Source: an uncultured delta proteobacterium (GTDB lineage: Bacteria > Desulfobacterota > Binatia > UBA9968). From it: 64,000 nucleotides of DNA. The position numbers were made by a program, and so were the translations under genes. The stretch is taken from assembly GCA_963804165.1 (NCBI GenBank), contig CAWDPO010000040.1, forward strand, positions 32,001-96,000, written 5' to 3'. This document shows, piece after piece, positions 1 through 11,423 of the stretch (its first letter is position 1; every line of letters starts with the position of its first letter). The notes beneath the pieces were generated by a model. That model searched no databases and had not been told where the DNA came from. It saw only the letters and a program-made list of their open reading frames with translations.

Positions 1-65
1 CTTCTGGCTCATTCACAAGATTCTAGGGTCCGGCGGTTTTTGAGCGGCGGGGAAGAGGAAAGAGT

Positions 66-1061
66 ATGAAGACGAGAATCAGCCCGACCGTTATCGGCTT
101 GTTTGTCATTGGGGGCCTGGCCGTACTAGTCGTGGCGGTGGTGGGTCTGGGATCGGGCAGGTGGTTCCGAAAACCATACGAGTTCGTGCTGTACTTTCAG
201 GGCTCGGTGAACGGGCTCAATGTAGGTGCTCCTGTCAAGTACAAGGGCGTGGAAATCGGTTCGGTCACCGATATCCTGCTGCAAGTGGACCAAGTAGAAG
301 TCGATCGGATTCCCGTCATCATTGAGCTCGATGCAAAAAAGATTGCAGGTAGGGGATTGAAAGCCAACTTGTTAGGTGATCCAAGCGCATTACAAACGGT
401 CATTGATCAGGGTCTGCGCGGGCAATTGCGCATGGAGAGTTTCGTCACCGGCGTGCTTTACGTGGCACTTGACCACTATCCGGAAACCTCTGCGCGTTTG
501 GTCCAGCCGGAAGGTTCCCGGTATCGCGAGATCCCGACCCTTCCGACGGAGTTGGAACAAGCGCAAGATCAAGTCAGGGAGGTTTTCACCAAGCTCGCGA
601 AGATCGATTTCAACGCGGTGACTCTCGCCATGACCCGCGCATTTGAAGGAGTTGATCGACTCACGAATTCACCCGCGCTGAACGCCTCGCTCCGGTCGCT
701 CGAGCACGTGATGCCGAAGGTTGATGAGGCGGTCGTGAATATCCGGCGGCTGGCCGTGACGCTCGACAAGAACGCCAGCGATCTTTCGGCCGATCTTCAA
801 CAGACTTCGGCCGCCACCCGCACAGCGCTCGCGCAAATCGAGATTGCAATAAAGCAAGTGGGCATAACGATGAAGGAAGCAGAGGGGACCATGATCAGTG
901 CGCGGGCCGCCATTGATCCGGACTCTCCCTTTGCGTACGAGCTCACAAAAAGCTTGCGCGAAATCTCCGGCGCGGCCCGGTCGCTGCGACTGTTGGCCGG
1001 CTATTTGGAACGCAACCCTAGAGCGCTTATTTTCGGCAAGCCAGAAACGAGCAAGGATTGA
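66..1061 (+). CDS. MlaD/MCE-domain protein (PqiB-like)
   Basis: N-terminal TM helix, then MCE motif 'FQGSVNGLNVGAPVKYKGVEIGSV'; helical C-terminus ending 'YLERNPRALIFGK'. Confidence 0.9.
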   Translation: MKTRISPTVIGLFVIGGLAVLVVAVVGLGSGRWFRKPYEFVLYFQGSVNGLNVGAPVKYKGVEIGSVTDILLQVDQVEVDRIPVIIELDAKKIAGRGLKANLLGDPSALQTVIDQGLRGQLRMESFVTGVLYVALDHYPETSARLVQPEGSRYREIPTLPTELEQAQDQVREVFTKLAKIDFNAVTLAMTRAFEGVDRLTNSPALNASLRSLEHVMPKVDEAVVNIRRLAVTLDKNASDLSADLQQTSAATRTALAQIEIAIKQVGITMKEAEGTMISARAAIDPDSPFAYELTKSLREISGAARSLRLLAGYLERNPRALIFGKPETSKD

Positions 1062-1690
1062 TGCACTCATTAAACAGGATCCTATTCTTTTTTGGGCTTG
1101 CCTATCTGTCGATCTCAGGCTGTATGAATTTTTCGCCCATGTCCGATCCCTCGCGGTTTTTTACGTTGACGTCTTTACCCCAAACCGAGCAATCGCAAGC
1201 GCGCGATCCGGATGAAGTAAACGGTCTAGCTCTCGGTATTGGCCCGATTCGATTCCCTGCCTACCTGGATCGGGAACAGATCGTTACGCGTGCCGCTCAA
1301 AACCGTCTTCATATTTCGGAAAACGATCGGTGGGCAGAACCCTTGGAAGAAAATTTTACCCGGGTTTTGTCGCGCAATCTCGGGATGCTCCTCGGCGGTG
1401 CCAGGGTCATCCGATATCCTTGGCACACTAGCCAACGGCCTACATATCAGATCCGGATGGAAGTGCTTCGTTTTGAATCGAACACACAAGAAGTCGAACT
1501 GGTGGCAGGCTGGGCCCTAACTGATCTGAGCAACAAAACGTCTCTGGTGTCCAAGGAATCCCGCATAGCACGGCAGACCGGGATAAAATCCATAGAAGCA
1601 TCGGTAGCCGCGTTGAGCGAGACATTGGGCGATCTCAGCCGGGAGATCGCGGATACTATCCTGGCGAGGTTCAGGCCGGACGATCGATGA
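1058..1690 (+). CDS. PqiC-family ABC-transport auxiliary lipoprotein
   Basis: Lipobox-like 'ISGC'; motifs 'PAYLDREQIVTR' and 'RWAEPLEENF'; overlaps the mlaD stop. Confidence 0.85.
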   Translation: MMHSLNRILFFFGLAYLSISGCMNFSPMSDPSRFFTLTSLPQTEQSQARDPDEVNGLALGIGPIRFPAYLDREQIVTRAAQNRLHISENDRWAEPLEENFTRVLSRNLGMLLGGARVIRYPWHTSQRPTYQIRMEVLRFESNTQEVELVAGWALTDLSNKTSLVSKESRIARQTGIKSIEASVAALSETLGDLSREIADTILARFRPDDR

Positions 1691-1825
1691 CGCCTCGCCC
1701 GTCGACTGGCTACGGTTTAGTTTCCTTCTCCGGCCAAACAAATCACTTTTCACGAAACTCGTAAATTTACGAGTGGCTCGACACCGCACGCTTACGGAAT
1801 CGTCGATATCTCAACCGGTTCCGAT

Positions 1826-1840
1826 TGGCATTTGCATTGC
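1826..1840 (+). promoter_or_regulatory. sigma54 -24/-12 promoter motif
   Basis: TGGCAT-TTGCA-TTGC, ~22 bp upstream of the ATG at 1863. Confidence 0.6.
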
Positions 1841-1862
1841 GCAAGTAAGAGGAGGAGCCGCA

Positions 1863-2390
1863 ATGCGCAACGCGAGATCATTTTTCATAGTTCTATTTTT
1901 GGCCGGCAGTTTCGCGGGCGCATGGCCGGCCATCGCAGCCGAAGTTACTTCGCCGCCGTCGGTCACGAGCAATCCAGTTAACGTTGTGCGGCAAGTTGCG
2001 ATTGCGCTCGCGGCAGCGAGAGACGCTATAGAGGATCTCCGCGGCCCGGCGATTGAGGATTCTAACCTGGACCGGCTCAAGCTTCCCACGCCCGGAATGG
2101 ATTGCGGCATTGCTCGATCCTTGCTCTATGTCGCATGCCACAGCGCTAGGCTTAACAAAAATGAAGCCGAGGCTATGTTCGCCCGAATCATTGATGATGT
2201 GCAGACTGCCTTGCCGTCCGACAGCTGGACACCGGTTGAAGCCGTACCGCACGGTGATTTGATCCGGATTAGAAGTTATTACCATCTGAAGTCCGGCGCC
2301 AAAATCGACATTGACTTGGTGGCTCATCAGCCGGGATGGGCGGCACAACCTCTGTACTGGCTCAGGGTTTACGGGTGGAAAAGGTTTTAA
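1863..2390 (+). CDS. Hypothetical secreted protein
   Basis: AGGAGGAG RBS before ATG 1863; signal peptide ending 'AIAA'; two Cys. Confidence 0.65.
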   Translation: MRNARSFFIVLFLAGSFAGAWPAIAAEVTSPPSVTSNPVNVVRQVAIALAAARDAIEDLRGPAIEDSNLDRLKLPTPGMDCGIARSLLYVACHSARLNKNEAEAMFARIIDDVQTALPSDSWTPVEAVPHGDLIRIRSYYHLKSGAKIDIDLVAHQPGWAAQPLYWLRVYGWKRF

Positions 2391-2789
2391 ACAGCGACTC
2401 ACACTACGAAAACGCAACTCTTGCCAGGCTTGTATGGAGAACCTTTGCGTTTGTGAGTACAGAGGGGAGCAATGACTATCTATACCTTGACTCGTTGTTT
2501 TGTCGTTGATTTTCGTTGGTTGCCAGCACTTCGAATCCAGACACTCGACATCCACGGGGACCGGGGTGATCTGCAAGCCCCAGTGCAGCGAGCAACAAAT
2601 AAACGAGCTGGCGGAGCCGATATTCTGACGCGCCAGACTGGCTGTCAAGCTGTCAGCTAGTCACAGCATTTTTAGGTAAGAGTTAACATTCGGCGATTCA
2701 GTCAAACCCGTTCGACCTAGCTGAGCGCGGCGACAAGATCTTGCCGGTAACAGTAAACAGCGGAACAGCAAGTTAGAAAGGAGCACGCG

Positions 2790-5303
2790 GTGAAAGCACA
2801 AAACCACAAAAGCTCCCGGTTCGCGGGACTGACGGAATCGGAACTGGCCAAGCTGATTCAACAGTATGGTTGCGGCCCTGTGCGGTTTACGGGAACCGAC
2901 GAGGCGCTTTACGAACGCCATCTCATCTTCGACAATGTCATGGACATGACCGCCATCGGCGTTCGCGAACGCTTCGAGGCGATCGCTCACTCCGTGCGCG
3001 ATGTATTGTCGCAGCGCTGGATCCATACGGAAAAGACCTATGAGCATCAAAATGCCAAGCGCGTTTACTATCTCTCGATGGAATTTCTCATCGGCCGCTC
3101 ACTTTCCAACAACGCTACGAATCTTCTTCTCGATCCGGTGGCGAAAGCAGCCATAAAAGAAAAGAACCTCGACTGGTTCGAGTTGCTGGAACAGGAGCCG
3201 GATGCCGGTCTGGGCAACGGAGGTCTCGGACGTCTTGCGGCTTGTTTTCTCGATTCCATGGCAACGATGGAAATTCCGGCCATGGGTTATGGCCTGCGCT
3301 ACGAATACGGCATGTTTAAACAATCCATCCAGGACGGCTGGCAGCGCGAACTGCCGGACAACTGGCTTCGGCGACCCGACCCGTGGGAAGTCGCGCGTCC
3401 GAACGAAACGGTGGATGTAAATCTTAACTGCTCGTTCGAAGTGCGCGGCGGCGCTTTGCATCCGGTTCCCGGTCGTCCATTACGGCTCATCGGTGTTCCC
3501 TTCGATCGCCCCGTCGTCGGCTATGGCGGGAAGACCATCAATACGCTGCGGCTCTGGGCCGCCGCGGCACAGGACTACTTCGACTTCCAGGAATTCAGCA
3601 GCGGTGATTTCGTCGGCGCTTTGGCGGAAACCCTCGGCGCCGAATCACTGACCCGGGTGCTCTACCCCGACGACCACACAACCATGGGGCAGGGCTTGCG
3701 TTTTATTCAGGAATACTTTCTGGTTGCGTGCTCCCTCGCGGACCTCGTGCGCCGTTTTCGCGTGGCCAACTCCGACTGGCACACATTCCCGGACAAAGTC
3801 GCCATCCAGCTCAATGACACGCACCCGACAATCGCTGTGCCCGAGCTGATGCGGATTTTGCTCGACGAGGTTCATCTCGGTTGGGAGGACGCGTGGGTGA
3901 TTACAGTGAAGACACTAGCGTACACCAACCACACGTTGCTGCCCGAAGCTCTGGAGAAATGGCCGGTCGAATGGTTCCGGATCTTGCTGCCGCGTCATCT
4001 CGAGATCATCGAGGAGATCAATCGGCGCTTGCTCGATGACACGCGAGCGAGATTTCCGGGCGATGAAGGTCGGCTACAGCGTGTGAGCCTCATCGAGGAA
4101 GGCGCGGAACGGAAGGTGCGGATGGCCAATGTGGCCATCGCCGGTTCGCACAGCACAAACGGCGTCGCGGCAATTCATTCACAGTTGCTGAAGACAACAA
4201 CAGTCAGAGACTTGGCCGAAATGTTTCCGGAGCGTTTCAACAATAAAACCAACGGCGTCACCCCGCGCCGCTGGCTGTTGATGTCGAACGCCGCTCTCTC
4301 AAAAACCATTACCGAGGCGATCGGTGATGGTTGGATCAAGGATCTCAACCAATTGAAGCATCTGAAAGCCATGGCCGATGATCCCGGTCTTCATGAGGCG
4401 GTCCTCAAGGCGAAACGCGAAGCCAAATCGCAGTTCGCCAATTGGCTCGACCGCACCATCGGCCTGCGCCTGAATCCTGACAGCATCTTCGATTCACAGA
4501 TCAAGCGCATCCATGAATACAAGCGGCAAATGCTCAATGCACTGCGCATCGTCGCGCTTTACAATCGGCTGCGCGAAAATCCACAGATGGATATGACGCC
4601 GCGAGTTTTCTTCTTTTCAGGGAAAGCCGCGGCCGCGTACCATCTGGCTAAACTCATCATCAAGTTCATTAACAATCTTGCCGGCGTGATTGATGCCGAT
4701 CCTCACGTCCGCGGGCGCTTAAAGGTTCTGTTCCTGCCGGATTATTGCGTTTCACTGGCCGAGCGGCTGATCCCCGCGAGCGATGTATCTAACCAGATCT
4801 CGACAGCCGGTTACGAAGCCAGCGGCACGAGCAACATGAAGCTCATGATGAACGGCGCGCTCACGATCGGCACCCGCGATGGCGCAACCATCGAGATGGC
4901 GGAAGAAGCCGGCGAAGAAAACTTTTTCCTGTTCGGGCTGACGGCGGAGCAGGTGGCCGGCTGCCGCGGTTGGTACAACCCGCAATGGCACTATGACAAC
5001 GAGCCGGAAACCCGCGCTGCGCTGGACCTGATTTTTTCCAACCACTTCAGCCGTAACGAACCGGGTGTGTTCGAGCCGCTGCGCGATGCTTTGCTGACGC
5101 ACGGCGATTATTACATGCATCTGGCGGATCTGAAGTCGTACCTGGAAGCGGATGGACGCTTGTGCCAGCTTTACGCCGACTCCGCGGGATGGGCGCGGAA
5201 AGCGATTTTGAATATCGCCGGATCGGGAAAATTCTCCAGCGACCGGACGATTGCCGAATATGCCGCAGACATCTGGAACGTGAAGCCCTGTCCGGTGGAG
5301 TGA
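2790..5303 (+). CDS. glgP: Glycogen/maltodextrin phosphorylase
   Basis: '[21 protein letters not shown]', 'QLNDTHP', PLP-lysine motif '[15 protein letters not shown]'. Confidence 0.97.
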   Translation: MKAQNHKSSRFAGLTESELAKLIQQYGCGPVRFTGTDEALYERHLIFDNVMDMTAIGVRERFEAIAHSVRDVLSQRWIHTEKTYEHQNAKRVYYLSMEFLIGRSLSNNATNLLLDPVAKAAIKEKNLDWFELLEQEPDAGLGNGGLGRLAACFLDSMATMEIPAMGYGLRYEYGMFKQSIQDGWQRELPDNWLRRPDPWEVARPNETVDVNLNCSFEVRGGALHPVPGRPLRLIGVPFDRPVVGYGGKTINTLRLWAAAAQDYFDFQEFSSGDFVGALAETLGAESLTRVLYPDDHTTMGQGLRFIQEYFLVACSLADLVRRFRVANSDWHTFPDKVAIQLNDTHPTIAVPELMRILLDEVHLGWEDAWVITVKTLAYTNHTLLPEALEKWPVEWFRILLPRHLEIIEEINRRLLDDTRARFPGDEGRLQRVSLIEEGAERKVRMANVAIAGSHSTNGVAAIHSQLLKTTTVRDLAEMFPERFNNKTNGVTPRRWLLMSNAALSKTITEAIGDGWIKDLNQLKHLKAMADDPGLHEAVLKAKREAKSQFANWLDRTIGLRLNPDSIFDSQIKRIHEYKRQMLNALRIVALYNRLRENPQMDMTPRVFFFSGKAAAAYHLAKLIIKFINNLAGVIDADPHVRGRLKVLFLPDYCVSLAERLIPASDVSNQISTAGYEASGTSNMKLMMNGALTIGTRDGATIEMAEEAGEENFFLFGLTAEQVAGCRGWYNPQWHYDNEPETRAALDLIFSNHFSRNEPGVFEPLRDALLTHGDYYMHLADLKSYLEADGRLCQLYADSAGWARKAILNIAGSGKFSSDRTIAEYAADIWNVKPCPVE

Positions 5304-5358
5304 AAGGGGCAAGAGCTTCCAGCGGACGGAGAAGGCGTTACAGAACCGAGGTGATTCA

Positions 5359-7011
5359 ATGACGATCCATGCGCTTGCGGGTAAGCCCGCGCCCGAGGAG
5401 CTTCTGGTCGATATAGACAAGCTGCGAAAGGAATACTACACGCGCAAGCCGGACATAACCAACAGCGCAGAGCGGGTTAGTTTTGGCACCAGCGGTCACC
5501 GCGGCTCGTCACTTCGCGGCGGGTTCAATGAGGCACACGTTTTGGCGATCACGCAGGCGATCTGCGAATACCGCAGTCAGCAAGGCATCACCGGCCCGCT
5601 GTACATCGGCAAAGATACGCACGCGCTATCCGGTCCGGCGTTCATGACGGTCTTGGAAGTGCTCGCGGCAAACGGTGTTGAGACCATGGTCGATCGCGTT
5701 GACGGCTATACGCCTACGCCCGTGATCTCTCATGCCATTCTTTCTTATAACCGGGGCCGAACCTCGGGTCTGGCGGACGGTATAGTAATTACGCCGTCGC
5801 ACAATCCGCCGGAAGACGGCGGTTTCAAATACAACCCACCGCATGGTGGACCGGCGGATACAGATGTAACACGTTGGATCGAAGATAAAGCCAACCTGCT
5901 CCTTTCGGGCGAGCTCAAGAGCGTGGCGAGAATCGCTTACGAAAGAGCTCGCCGCGCCGCCACAACCCACAATTATGATTATGTCGGCTCGTACGTACGC
6001 GACCTGGGTTCGGTGGTGGACATGGAACTTATCCAAAGCGCCAAGCTCAAGATCGGCGTCGATCCGCTGGGCGGCGCCAACGTCGCGTACTGGCGCCCCA
6101 TTGCGGAACGTTACGGAGTTGAGGTGGATGTGGTGAACACCACGGTGGACCCGACCTTCCGCTTCATGTCCTTGGATTGGGACGGCAAAATCCGCATGGA
6201 CTGTTCCTCTCCCCATGCCATGGCTAAGCTCATCGGACTCAAAGACAGCTTCGACATCGCCTTCGGCAACGATACCGACAGCGACCGGCACGGCATCGTC
6301 ACTCGTGGCGCAGGCCTGATGAATCCCAATCATTACCTCGCGACGGCGATTTTTTATCTCTTCACCCATCGTCCAGGCTGGCGCCCGGATGCGGCGATCG
6401 GCAAGACCGTAGTCAGCAGCAGCATCATCGATCGCGTGGCTTCTAAAATCGGTCGCGTTCTCGTCGAAGTGCCGGTGGGATTCAAGTGGTTCGTGTCCGG
6501 CCTGCTCGACGGATCGCTGGGCTTTGGCGGCGAAGAAAGCGCGGGCGCCTCATTTCTCCGGCGCGACGGAACGGTGTGGGTGACCGAGAAGGACGGCATC
6601 ATCATGGATCTGCTCGCGGTCGAGATCATGGCTAAGACCGGTCGCGATCCGTCCGAGATTTACCATGAGCTTACGCGCGAGCTCGGCGCGCCGGTTTACG
6701 AGCGCATCGATGCACCGGCGACGGCGGAACAAAAGGCGGTTCTCCTAAAGCTTTCGCCGGAACATGTTAAAGCCTCCGAGCTTGTCGGTGACCCGATTCA
6801 AGCGATGCTCACGAGCGCGCCGGGCAACGGCGCGGCTATTGGCGGCCTCAAGGTTGTCACCGCGCAGGGGTGGTTCGCGGCGCGTCCGTCTGGCACAGAA
6901 GAGGTCTACAAGCTTTACGCGGAAAGCTTTCGCGGGAGCGACCACCTGCGCCGCATCCAGGAGGAGGCACAAGCGCTCATCAGCAAGGCGCTGGCAGGAG
7001 TCATGGGATGA
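5359..7011 (+). CDS. pgm: Phosphoglucomutase (alpha-D-glucose phosphate-specific)
   Basis: 'FGTSGHRGS', catalytic 'TPSHNP', metal loop 'DTDSDRH', 'GEESAG'. Confidence 0.97.
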   Translation: MTIHALAGKPAPEELLVDIDKLRKEYYTRKPDITNSAERVSFGTSGHRGSSLRGGFNEAHVLAITQAICEYRSQQGITGPLYIGKDTHALSGPAFMTVLEVLAANGVETMVDRVDGYTPTPVISHAILSYNRGRTSGLADGIVITPSHNPPEDGGFKYNPPHGGPADTDVTRWIEDKANLLLSGELKSVARIAYERARRAATTHNYDYVGSYVRDLGSVVDMELIQSAKLKIGVDPLGGANVAYWRPIAERYGVEVDVVNTTVDPTFRFMSLDWDGKIRMDCSSPHAMAKLIGLKDSFDIAFGNDTDSDRHGIVTRGAGLMNPNHYLATAIFYLFTHRPGWRPDAAIGKTVVSSSIIDRVASKIGRVLVEVPVGFKWFVSGLLDGSLGFGGEESAGASFLRRDGTVWVTEKDGIIMDLLAVEIMAKTGRDPSEIYHELTRELGAPVYERIDAPATAEQKAVLLKLSPEHVKASELVGDPIQAMLTSAPGNGAAIGGLKVVTAQGWFAARPSGTEEVYKLYAESFRGSDHLRRIQEEAQALISKALAGVMG

Positions 7012-7084
7012 AGCAGGAAGCGTCTGTCACGACAGCACTGCTCCGCAAAATCTCGGTTATACCGAATGGACGTGAGTCACGGAG

Positions 7085-7669
7085 ATGAATATGCCGATCC
7101 AGGAAGTTTATCTCATCCGGCACGGCGAGACGGAGTGGAGTTTGAATGGGCGGCACACTGGCACGACCGACATCCCGCTTACGGAGAACGGCCGGAGGGT
7201 GGCGAAACTTCTGGCGGCGGCGTTGGCCAAGGAAAAATTCGTGCTGGTGTTGACGAGTCCGCTGAAGCGAGCGCGGGAAACTTGCGAGCTGGCCGGTTTC
7301 GGCGCGCGCGCCGAGATCGACCGCGATCTGATGGAATGGAATTACGGCGCATACGAGGGGCTGACGCCCGAGGAGATCCACGCGCAGGCGCGCGGATGGA
7401 TGATTTTCACCGACGGCTGTCCAGGAGGGGAAAGTCCCGCTCAAGTCAGCGCGCGGGCCGATCGGCTGGTCGTGCGAGTCCGCTCGGTGGAGGGAGATGT
7501 CGCCCTTTTCGCCCACGGACATCTTTTCAGAACTCTTGCGGCCCGATGGCTCGGACTTCCCGCGGCGGCCGGAAGTCATTTCCTTCTCGATACGGCGACG
7601 CTGAACGTCCTGAGCTACTACCGAGATGTCCCAGCGCTCAAGCGCTGGAACGCTATGCTCACGTCGTAG
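7085..7669 (+). CDS. Histidine phosphatase family protein (possible sugar-bisphosphatase)
   Basis: 'RHGETEWS..GRHTG.TD.PLT', 'EWNYGAYEG', 'AHGH'. Confidence 0.9.
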   Translation: MNMPIQEVYLIRHGETEWSLNGRHTGTTDIPLTENGRRVAKLLAAALAKEKFVLVLTSPLKRARETCELAGFGARAEIDRDLMEWNYGAYEGLTPEEIHAQARGWMIFTDGCPGGESPAQVSARADRLVVRVRSVEGDVALFAHGHLFRTLAARWLGLPAAAGSHFLLDTATLNVLSYYRDVPALKRWNAMLTS

Positions 7670-7733
7670 GACGAACGTGGAGCGGTACGCACCACGAATA
7701 TGTGACAGCGAATAAACAGTAGGAGGAAACAAT

Positions 7734-8762
7734 ATGGCAACCGATTTAGAAAATACCGCGCGGCTGCTCGTCGCCGGCGCGAAAGGCATATTGGCGGCCG
7801 ACGAGACTCCAGGGACCCTGACAAGACGCCTCGACGCTCTCAAGATCGAATCGACGCCGGATAGCCGGCGAGCCTACCGCGAGATGTTCTTCGCCACACC
7901 CGCGATTGGCGAATTCATCAGCGGCGTCATCATGCAAGATGAGACGATCCGCCAAAAAAGCTCGACCGGAATATCGCTAGCCGATCTGCTGGCGCAGCAG
8001 GGCATCATCCCCGGCATCAAAGTCGATAACGGCGCAAAACCGCTCGCCGGCTCGCCGGGAGAAAACATTACTGAAGGACTCGACGGCCTACGCGAGCGCC
8101 TCAAGGAGTATCGAGACATGGGCGCGCGCTTCGCGAAATGGCGTGCGGTGATCGCTGTAAGCGATACGCTGCCGAGCGCGACCTGCGTGGATGTGAACGC
8201 GCACGCGCTCGCTCGATATGCCGCCCTTTGCCAGGAGCAGGGCATGGTGCCCATCGTCGAGCCCGAGGTGTTGATGGACGGAGCGCACACGATCGAGCGT
8301 TGCGAAGAAGTGACGGGCCATGTCTTGCACGAGGTTTTGAACGCGCTTTTTGATCAGAAGGTCTCTCTCGAAGGTATGTTGCTCAAACCCAACATGGTCA
8401 TCTCAGGTATAAAGTGCACCAGACAAGCTCCCGTCAAAGAAGTCGCACTCGCCACTGTGCGCTGTCTACGCCGGCATGCGCCGGCCGCGGTTCCCGGGAT
8501 CGTCTTCTTGTCAGGCGGCCAAAACCATCTCGTCGCCACCGCGCATCTCAGCGCCATCAATCAGATCGAGGAACCAAGGCCCTGGACGCTCAGTTTTTCG
8601 TATGGGCGCGCATTACAGGACGAAGCGCTCAGGGCTTGGCGTGGAAAGAGCGAAAATCTGAAAGCTGGCCAGCGAGCTTTTTATCATCGGGCCAAGTGCG
8701 ACAGCGCAGCCGCCCTGGGCAAATACACCGAGTCCATGGAAAGCGAGCCAGCGGCAGCTTGA
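7734..8762 (+). CDS. Fructose-bisphosphate aldolase class I (eukaryote-like)
   Basis: 'KGILAADE', 'ARFAKWR', 'VPIVEPEV', Schiff-base 'LLKPNMV', 'FSYGRALQ'. Confidence 0.95.
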   Translation: MATDLENTARLLVAGAKGILAADETPGTLTRRLDALKIESTPDSRRAYREMFFATPAIGEFISGVIMQDETIRQKSSTGISLADLLAQQGIIPGIKVDNGAKPLAGSPGENITEGLDGLRERLKEYRDMGARFAKWRAVIAVSDTLPSATCVDVNAHALARYAALCQEQGMVPIVEPEVLMDGAHTIERCEEVTGHVLHEVLNALFDQKVSLEGMLLKPNMVISGIKCTRQAPVKEVALATVRCLRRHAPAAVPGIVFLSGGQNHLVATAHLSAINQIEEPRPWTLSFSYGRALQDEALRAWRGKSENLKAGQRAFYHRAKCDSAAALGKYTESMESEPAAA

Positions 8763-8870
8763 AGCCAGATAAACCAAGGAGGAGGACACAAAGAAGCACG
8801 AAGGAAAGAATTAGAAAGAAATAAGTGGCGGCAATGCCACAAACCGACGTCAGGAAGAAGGAGTTTTACC

Positions 8871-11318
8871 ATGAACGAACGAACACACGAAATCGAACGT
8901 TATGCCAGGCCAGCCACAGGGCAACCTGAAGCACAAAAAACGAAGGATGCAAGGCGAAATCCATTAAGCGACAAAGAACTGGATCTGATGAACGCCTACT
9001 GGCGGGCGTGCAACTACCTTTCTGTGGGGATGATCTATTTGAAAGACAATCCGCTGCTCAAGGAGCCGCTGAAGAGCGAGGACGTGAAGCACCGGCTGCT
9101 CGGCCATTGGGGCGCGAGCCCGGCACTGTCTTTCGTCTGGCTGCACTGCAACCGGATGATCGTCAAGTATGATCTCGACATGATTTTCGTCGCCGGACCA
9201 GGCCATGGTGCGCCTGGTGTGTTAGGTCCGGCATATCTCGAAGGAACGTACTCGGAAATTTATCCGGACAAGAGCGAAGACGCCGAAGGCATGCAAAAGT
9301 TTTTCAAGCAGTTCTCCTTTCCCGGACACATCGGCAGTCACGTCACGCCGGAAACGCCCGGCTCGATTCACGAAGGCGGAGAGCTCGGCTACAGCCTCTC
9401 GCATGCCTACGGGATGGCGCTCGACAATCCTGATCTCATTGTCGCATGCGTCGTGGGTGACGGCGAGGCGGAGACCGGGCCGCTCGCGACCGCCTGGCAT
9501 TCCAACAAGTTCATCAACCCCGTGCGCGATGGCGCGGTGCTGCCGATCCTGAACTTGAACGGCTACAAGATCGCCAATCCAACCATCCTTTCGCGGATCA
9601 GCCACGAGGAGCTGGAGGCACTGTTTGTCGGCTACGGCTACAAGCCTTATTTCGTGGAAGGAAGCGATCCGACGGAGATGCATCAGAAGATGGCCGCCAC
9701 TTTGGAAGAGGCCATTGGCGAGATACGCGCACAGCAGAAGGCCGCACGCGAGTCGAACAACCCCTTCCGGCCGCGCTGGCCGATGATCGTGCTCCGATCA
9801 CCCAAAGGTTGGACCGGACCGAAGGAGATCAGGGGACACAAGGTAGAGGGCTTCTGGCGCTCGCATCAGGTGCCATTTGCCGATGTCCGCGACAATCCGG
9901 CGAACCTGAAACTTCTGCAAGATTGGATGCGGAGCTACAAGCCCGAAGAGCTGTTCGATGCAAACGGCAAGCTCATTGCGGAACTCAAGGCGCTCGCGCC
10001 CAAGGGCAATCGCCGCATGAGCGCCAACCCGCACACCAACGGCGGGCTCCTGCGCAAAGAACTCAAGCTTCCCGATTTCCGCAATTACGCCGTCGAGGTT
10101 CCGACCCGCGGCACGATCGAATACGAGAATACCAAACCACTCGGCGAATTCCTACGCGACGTGATGAAACAGAACATGACCAGCTTTCGCGTCTTCGGCC
10201 CGGATGAGACCGCCTCGAACAGGCTCCAGGACATTTACAAAGCCAGCAAGAAAACCTGGATGGCCGACCTTCTGCCGGAGGACGATGATGGCGGCGAGCT
10301 GGCGCGTGACGGGCGCGTCATGGAGATGCTTTCCGAGCATACGCTCATCGGCTGGCTGGAGGGATATCTGCTGACAGGGCGGCATGGTTTTTTTCACACC
10401 TATGAAGCCTTCGCTCACGTTATCGATTCGATGATCAACCAGCACGCTAAGTGGCTGGACATCTGTAAGAACCATGTGCCGTGGCGCGCTTCGGTCGCAT
10501 CAGAGAACATTCTGCTGTCGTCCACCGTCTGGCGTCAGGACCACAATGGTTTTTCCCATCAGGACCCCGGTTTTATCGATCTGGTCACAAACAAGAGCTC
10601 GAGTGTGACCCGCGTCTATTTGCCGCCGGATGCCAATACCCTGCTTTCTGTGGCGGACCACTGCCTGCGCTCGACCGACTACATCAACGTCATCGTGGCC
10701 GACAAACAAAAGCACCTGCAATTCACGACCATCGACGAGGCGGTCGTGCATTGCTCCAAGGGGATCGGCATATGGGCGCGGGCGAGCACGGATGCGGGCG
10801 AGGAGCCGGACGTGGTTTTGGCGTCCTGCGGCGACGTGGCGACCATGGAGGCATTGGCCGCTGCTGCAATTTTGCGCGAGCGGGCGCCGGATCTGAAGGT
10901 TCGATTCGTAAACGTCGTGGATCTGTTCAAGCTGCAGCCGGCCTCCGAGCATCCGCATGGTTCCACGGATCGCGAGTTCGACAGCCTGTTCACTACGGAC
11001 AAGCCGATCATCTTCAACTTCCACGGCTATCCGTGGCTTATCCACAAGCTCTCCTACCGCTTCACGGGACACGAAAATATGCACGTGCGCGGCTACAAAG
11101 AGAAGGGCAACATCAACACTCCGCTGGAACTGGCGATGTTGAACGAAACCTCCCGTTTTCACCTGGTCATCGACGTGATCGATCGGGTGCCGAAACTGCG
11201 CACGAAAGCCGCGCACTTAAAGGAGGAGATGAAGAACGCCATTATCGAGAACCTGCGCTACGCGCACGAACAGGGCACGGACCGGCCTGAGCTCATCAAC
11301 TGGACGTGGCCGTACTGA
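8871..11318 (+). CDS. xfp: Xylulose-5-P/fructose-6-P phosphoketolase
   Basis: 'RLLGHWG', 'GPGHG', 'HEGGELGY', ThDP motif 'GDGEAETG', '[12 protein letters not shown]'. Confidence 0.97.
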   Translation: MNERTHEIERYARPATGQPEAQKTKDARRNPLSDKELDLMNAYWRACNYLSVGMIYLKDNPLLKEPLKSEDVKHRLLGHWGASPALSFVWLHCNRMIVKYDLDMIFVAGPGHGAPGVLGPAYLEGTYSEIYPDKSEDAEGMQKFFKQFSFPGHIGSHVTPETPGSIHEGGELGYSLSHAYGMALDNPDLIVACVVGDGEAETGPLATAWHSNKFINPVRDGAVLPILNLNGYKIANPTILSRISHEELEALFVGYGYKPYFVEGSDPTEMHQKMAATLEEAIGEIRAQQKAARESNNPFRPRWPMIVLRSPKGWTGPKEIRGHKVEGFWRSHQVPFADVRDNPANLKLLQDWMRSYKPEELFDANGKLIAELKALAPKGNRRMSANPHTNGGLLRKELKLPDFRNYAVEVPTRGTIEYENTKPLGEFLRDVMKQNMTSFRVFGPDETASNRLQDIYKASKKTWMADLLPEDDDGGELARDGRVMEMLSEHTLIGWLEGYLLTGRHGFFHTYEAFAHVIDSMINQHAKWLDICKNHVPWRASVASENILLSSTVWRQDHNGFSHQDPGFIDLVTNKSSSVTRVYLPPDANTLLSVADHCLRSTDYINVIVADKQKHLQFTTIDEAVVHCSKGIGIWARASTDAGEEPDVVLASCGDVATMEALAAAAILRERAPDLKVRFVNVVDLFKLQPASEHPHGSTDREFDSLFTTDKPIIFNFHGYPWLIHKLSYRFTGHENMHVRGYKEKGNINTPLELAMLNETSRFHLVIDVIDRVPKLRTKAAHLKEEMKNAIIENLRYAHEQGTDRPELINWTWPY

Positions 11319-11423
11319 AAGACAAGCGCGAAAACGGAAGTTCCCGTTGACAGTTCAGATTCAGGGTTTGGAACCGGCGCGTTTTTAACACCTGAAGGAA
11401 TCGATTTAGAAAGGTTGTGTACC

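Noticed and set aside
2472-2660. 62-aa ORF with a GAGGGGAG RBS upstream of glgP
   Set aside because: No recognisable motif or other support; may be a decayed remnant.
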